In this document: one piece after another, positions 55,060-64,000 of the stretch | Layout: every line of letters begins with the position of its first letter | Position numbering within the stretch: the stretch's first letter is position 1 | Origin: Octopus vulgaris | Taxonomy: Eukaryota | DNA: 64,000 nt | Direction of reading: 5' to 3' | Assembly: GCA_951406725.2 (NCBI GenBank) | Contig: OX597820.1 | Coordinates: 41,168,001-41,232,000 of the forward strand | Made by a program: the position numbers and the translations under genes | The notes under the pieces: generated by a model | The model's database searches: none | Told to the model about the DNA's origin: nothing | What the model saw: only the letters and a program-made list of their open reading frames with translations

Positions 55060-55248
55060 TTTTGCTTTATGCATGTCTTCTCATGCATATTCTTGCTTAT
55101 CTAGACCTGCTCATATATACTTAAACTTCTGGAAAATGTTACAGATTTTTTCAGTTCCAGTGATGGCTTGTATCTGTAGTCTTCGAAACAGTCTCCTCCT
55201 TTTTCTGGTTTTGAGAAGCCTAATTTCTCAAGATTGGCATTTAGACAG
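55060..55248 (-). mobile_element. 3' end of a restriction-like-endonuclease LINE (R4/Dong-like) inside (TACA)n
   Basis: Minus strand CLNANLEKLGFSKPE, a frameshift, then RRRLFRRLQIQAITGTEKICNIFQKF; compare the terminal LQK...GT..I motif. Short 3' UTR ending AAAACATACATA; long (TACA)n at the truncated 5' end. Confidence 0.55.
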
Positions 55249-55344
55249 TATGTATGTATGTATGTATGTATGTATGTATGTATGTATGTATGTATGTATG
55301 TATGTATGTATGTATGTATGCATGTATGCATGTATGTATGTGTG

Positions 55345-55500
55345 TTTTTTTTCTCCTTGTTTTCTGTGTCCCTTTCTGTAGAAGAGCGTAGGCTCGAAAC
55401 GTAAAAGATTTTTTCTATTCCTGAGCGTTATACTAATACATCTGTTTGTTTTGTACACCACCTGTCTTCGTCTTTTGTTGTTTTTTTCGTAAACTCTCCC
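55345..55500 (+). mobile_element. Second copy of the 18847-type hammerhead-bearing short element, inside (TATG)n
   Basis: Motif 55372-55407 is identical to 18895-18930; downstream TTCTATTCCTGAGCG..TACTAATACATCTGTTTG is shared. Confidence 0.75.
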
Positions 55501-55510
55501 TATATGTATG

Positions 55511-55542
<32 letters not shown>

Positions 55543-56079
55543 TGTATGTATGTATGTATGTATGTATGTATGTATGTATGTATGTATTATTACATGCCTA
55601 CAAACATAAACACGCACTTATATATCATATAAATGCACACCTTGAAATGTGAATGATATTCTGTTATGGAGAAATCCTGTTGCTTCTTTTGCTCCCATTT
55701 AAAAAAAAAAATTCTCATTCGAATCACAATGATGTGTTCAGTATGCACTTAGTGATAGAATGGATCTTCTTAACGGTTTTATTGTCAGACGAGTAGTACT
55801 TTCGAAATAGCTTTATCTGCAGCTTTAATTTTGAGTGTAATCTGTTGGAGTTTAAGCTCAAGTTACTGATCAGATGACAGAACTTTTGTTCTGTTGCAAT
55901 TTACCAAAGCTCTGGAAAATTTACGCATATATTTTCAACGTAATAGTGTTACATATTGCATTCTTCGATTGCACTTGAAATCTTCAAAGGAAACTGAATA
56001 ACATTCAAACATATAGACATATATACATATACATATATACAAATAAATAAATATATATATATGTATATATGTGCATATG

Positions 56080-57390
<1,311 letters not shown>

Positions 57391-57420
57391 GTATGTATAT
57401 ATATACATATATATTTATAT

Positions 57421-57507
57421 ACGGCGGACTTCTTTCTGTTTCCGTCTACCAAATCCACTCAGAAGGATTTGGTCGGCCCGAGGATAAAATAGAAGACACT
57501 TGCCACG
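57421..57507 (-). mobile_element. Family B SINE fragment
   Basis: GTTTCCGTCTACCAAATCCACTCA..TTTGGTCGGCCCGAGG..AGAAGACACTTGCC. Confidence 0.8.
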
Positions 57508-57659
57508 TGTGTATAAATATATGTGTTCACAAGCGACTTCAATTTTTGCACGTGCATATTAATATTTGTAATCGAAAAAATAAAAAAAAAACCCAAAATA
57601 ATGAAAATAATAACGATAATAGTAAGAATGATAATGACAACATCCACGACACAACAACT

Positions 57660-57750
<91 letters not shown>

Positions 57751-57752
57751 TA
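57660..57752. repeat. (TAG)n microsatellite
   Basis: Directly visible. Confidence 0.95.
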
Positions 57753-58078
57753 GGAGATAAGTATATTATCCAGTTTTAGATAAAGAAAGAAATGAATGTT
57801 GCCCTCTAGTTATAGACCACGTACGTCAACGCCATTAAGTCTTACGCGCGCCTCCTTTTCTCTATAGATATTATCCATTATAGTTTCCTTGGAGTTATCT
57901 CTCTTATATTGTTATTGCTGCATCAACATCGTTTCAATCAGCCGCACACACACGAGAAGCCAATGACGGAATTAAATTGAAGCGCTCTCTGACATACACT
58001 CGTATGCAGATAAAACCACAAGAATTTATGCATACATACATACATACATATATATACACACAAATATATATATATACC

Positions 58079-58133
<55 letters not shown>

Positions 58134-58664
58134 GTACACACATATGCTCATACATACTCATACACATACTCATACACATGGTCACACAAGCGCGCACACA
58201 TATATTTACATATGAATGAATGTACAGAGGCTATTTTCTTCTATTCACTCTGCATTTGTGGCTCATTTTTACTATTAATGAAGAGACAACTATATAATAC
58301 AGTCAAATACGTTTGTTTTACTCCGTTAGCATATGGTATGTATACATATGTATGCATGTATGTGTGTGTGTGTATGTATGTATGTATGTATGTATGTATG
58401 TATGTATGTATGTGTGTGTATACCCATACACAGGCATATATATAAATATGTATATGAATAGACACATACACACACATGCATATAAAGATAGATACATAGA
58501 CATAGATAGATAGATAGATAGATATATAGATAGATAGATAGATAGATAGATAGAAATATAGATAGAAATCCATTCATATAAAAACGCGGAAACACTGACG
58601 CCCACGTGTATATTGGTGTATGTATATATATATAATTATGTATATGTATGTATATATATATATG

Positions 58665-58708
<44 letters not shown>

Positions 58709-59642
58709 CGAACAAACATATATATATATACACACTTATATATACATACATACATACATACATACATACATACATACATACATTCATACATATATACATA
58801 CACAGATATATAGTCAAAATTTAAATCCTTATTCCATATGTACTTTACACACAGGTGTGCGTGTGTGATGGTGTGCGTATGTGCGCTTGTGCGAGCACGC
58901 AATGTGTGTCTGTTTTATAATATGTATAATTAAAGACGGTTAATTAGCACTGACATATTTATTCCAGCAGCATGCATGCACGAGTTAAAATTCTGCTGTG
59001 ATCGACTGTGTCGTTCCTTCTTCCGGAGTTGATAATAAAATATAGCAGTCGGGAGTCGTGGACTCATAATGCTTTGGTCTGTTACAACGCTTTTTCTACA
59101 AGTTCAAATGCCGCCCGGCACTTAAATATTCCTCTTGATACATTATATATTTTGGATATAATTCATTCTTGTAACCAGTGAAACCCTACGTAGCAAGTTT
59201 CCTCAATTCTGCTCACTATCTAATATAATTAATTACTCTACCTCTTATTGGTTTCTCTATATTTCAATTGATTTTGATTAAAGTTCACACGTATGTCCAT
59301 AAATTCTTATGACCTCAACAACATACAATTCTCGCTCGCTTGTATGAACAAAGTTCCTAAAGTGGATAACAAGATGTGTGTTCGAGTCCTGGACAGCAGC
59401 CTTCGCCTTGTGTAAGCAAAGCGTTTTTGACCCAATATTTACAGTCTAATATATATATAGTTTTATCTGAGATCCACTGCTCCAAAAACGAATTATATTT
59501 ATTTATCATATATACAAATACACATGCATTGGCCATTCTTACTTAGCTCACGCCTACTATATTTCACCTACACCCAGCCTAGATACGACTCAATCTTATA
59601 TCTTTCAAAAGCAAGAAAATTCGAACCAATTCTCATCTCTAA

Positions 59643-59712
59643 AATAATAATGATGATGATGATGATGAAGATGATTATGATGATGAAAATAATAATAATG
59701 ATAATAATGATG

Positions 59713-59746
<34 letters not shown>

Positions 59747-59778
59747 TAATAATAATAATAATAATAATAATAATTATA

Positions 59779-59838
<60 letters not shown>

Positions 59839-59871
59839 TTAATAATAATAATGATAATAATAATAATAATT
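59643..59871. repeat. (ATG)n/(ATA)n tract
   Basis: Directly visible. Confidence 0.95.
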
Positions 59872-59944
59872 CATTACATTTTAGCTCCCTTAAACATGAT
59901 TAGCAATGAGATAGGATCCTCTAAATCGTTTGAAATCAACATTT

Positions 59945-60176
59945 CAAATGTTGGCACAAGGCCAGCAATCTCGGGTGTTGGCGTAGGCCGATGAAATCGA
60001 CATAGTGATCGATTTCATCGATCCAAATATTTGACTGGTACTTATTTTATTGACCCCCCGAAAAGATGAAAGGTAAAATCGACCTCGCGGGATTTTGAAC
60101 ACAGAACGTAAAGACAGACGAAATGCTGCTAATCACTTGGCCTGGCTTGTTAACGATTCTACCGGCTCACCGTCTT
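59945..60176 (-). mobile_element. Family A SINE
   Basis: TTGGCACAAGGCCAGCAAT..GACTGGTACTTATTTTATTGACCCC..GATGAAAGG..CAGAACGTAAAGACAGACGAAAT..TAACGATTCT. Confidence 0.85.
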
Positions 60177-60184
60177 CATCGTTA

Positions 60185-60600
60185 GAAATACTGGATATCG
60201 TTAACACAAGGTATTCCTGTGAAGGCACGTCCTTATGATATCTAACGAGTTAGCATTGCTTTTCCGATCCTGAAAATACACTTTAGCATCTGAAGAATTA
60301 TTGACATCAACGGAGCTCTGGTGCCCACAGTGGCCACCCTCCAGGATTATTGCACACCCATCTGAGACAGTGGTCTCGCTCGATTACTATAAAGTTAGTC
60401 ACAGATATGATCCAACCTCTGACTGAAAGGAGTGCAGTTTTTCTGTTGCTTCTCTCTTTCTTTATTTTTTCTTCCGATACTGACAAAGATTCTGCTGGAG
60501 ATAGTATGATCTTAAATTAATAAACCTTCTTTCCCAGAACATCGGAACTCCTGTACTGCTTATGTTCTTCTTACTGAAGGAACATTGACTGCATCAATCT
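60185..60600 (+). mobile_element. Decayed CR1/L2/Jockey-group LINE, post-RT region
   Basis: DYCTPI*DSG (60345-74; compare EYCSHIW) and QPLTERSAV (60413-39; compare LQPL.HRR.V). Confidence 0.5.
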
Positions 60601-61129
60601 CACCTGTTTCAGAGGCCCTCTGAAATATATGGCATAATCCTCTGCTCAGGACCCAGCAATTATATACAAAAGATCATACGTATACGTAATAAATACAATG
60701 TTTTTACCATCCCCAATTCATTTCAATGGCGTATCGATAACATTGGTCATTTTAATGTCGTCAACAGCAAAACACTGCTGGGATATGTGAACGGACATGA
60801 AAGGCAGAATGAGACAAGTACAAAAATGGACGAGGCTCTGTAGACGAGTGGTAAAATATTAAGAAGATGAAAATGAAGGATAGTAACGAAAACAAACAAA
60901 TAAACGATACACATATTACTTTATATGTATGCACATAAGGACTTTCGGCTACATAACAGAATTATATACAAGATGTATATTAACATATATATGCATACGC
61001 GCGCGCACACACACACACACACGCACACACACACACACACACACACACGCGCGCACACACACACGCACACGCATACACACACACACACACACACACACAC
61101 ATATCGTTGTCAATATTAATCCTGAAGTT

Positions 61130-61338
61130 AAGGCGGCGAACTGGTAGAATCGTTAGCACGCCGGGCAAAATGCTTAGCAACATTTCCTCCGTCGTTATGT
61201 TCTGAGTTCAAATTCCCCCCGGAGGTCGGCTTTACTTTTCATCCCTTTCAGGGTCGATAAAATAAGTACGAGAATAAAAATGTAATCGACTTAAGCCCCT
61301 ATCTTCGAAATTGCTGGCTTTGTACCATAATTTGAAAC
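61130..61338 (+). mobile_element. Family A SINE monomer
   Basis: Head GGCGGCGAACTGGTAGAATCGTTAGCACGCCGGGC; 19-bp TSD CAAT[A/G]TTAATCCTGAAGTT at 61111-61129 and 61339-61357. Confidence 0.9.
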
Positions 61339-61804
61339 CAATGTTAATCCTGAAGTTTCGCGCCGGTAGTTGCTCAAAGGAACACTTCAAATCATCGACC
61401 GCTGAGGAAACTTCGCAGTCACTTGCCTTAGCTAATACATTATACATATTGAGATTTTACTCACCCAATGTTCATCGTTTTTATGAATTTAATACATTTT
61501 TTTAAACACACAAAGACACACACAAACACACACGCGAACACGCGTATATATACATACATACGCACTCGCACAGACACACAACTTCACATACACGTAGATT
61601 CCTTTGCGTGTATGATTATGTACGTAAGCATGCGTGTGTATGGATTGCTTGTGTGATTAGGCGATGGAAAAGTTTATTTCAATGTAGAAGCGATGAGAAC
61701 AATAATTAGACGAGAAATAAGTACTTGTCGTGGAATCATCAACAATTCACTGTCTGACAGTCGTGACATATTGGTTAATGGTCTCATCCAGAAGGTGTCA
61801 TGCC

Positions 61805-63540
<1,736 letters not shown>

Positions 63541-63562
63541 CAACATAACCGTAAACAAGTGA

Positions 63563-63596
<34 letters not shown>

Positions 63597-63765
63597 CATA
63601 TATGCATATATGAATGTATGCATGTATGTGGTTATATATGTATATACGTATATATGCATATACACACACATATATATGTATGTATATATGTATACACACA
63701 CACACATATATATATGTATGTATATATATATTTATATATATATATAGAGAGAGACAGAGAGACAG

Positions 63766-63821
<56 letters not shown>

Positions 63822-63824
63822 GTG

Positions 63825-63871
<47 letters not shown>

Positions 63872-63905
63872 ATATATATATATATACATATATATATATA
63901 CATAT

Positions 63906-63959
<54 letters not shown>

Positions 63960-63969
63960 GTGTGTGTGC

Positions 63970-64000
<31 letters not shown>

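Overview
AT-rich eukaryotic DNA saturated with simple repeats: (TA)n, (CA)n, (GA)n, (TACA)n, (GATA)n and mosaic trinucleotide tracts. The repeat families look like those of an octopus genome; this taxon call is inferred from repeat recognition and was not database-checked. I find no credible host protein-coding exon, and nearly all ORFs in the track are microsatellite translations, so the window is probably intronic or gene desert. Supported content is almost entirely mobile DNA. There are four recurring SINE or SINE-like families and a TIR-bounded Tc1 element with a broken transposase (56145-57276). Also present are a hAT/Charlie-type MITE (22913-23113), an RTE LINE 3' end with a perfect TSD (9614-9847), R4-like restriction-endonuclease LINE remnants, CR1/Jockey-like remnants and two fossil Penelope-like (GIY-YIG) elements. 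Two signals stand out. First, six minimal hammerhead-ribozyme-like motifs (CUGANGA-stem II-GAAAC-GUH) occur, three of them in short microsatellite-embedded non-coding elements, including a recurrent A6U core variant and an inverted pair. Second, two SINE 'dimers' carry an internal ~75-bp duplication with copy-specific variants, suggesting a SINE that re-inserts into its own family at a fixed site. Boundaries of degenerate elements are approximate and all alignments were done by eye.
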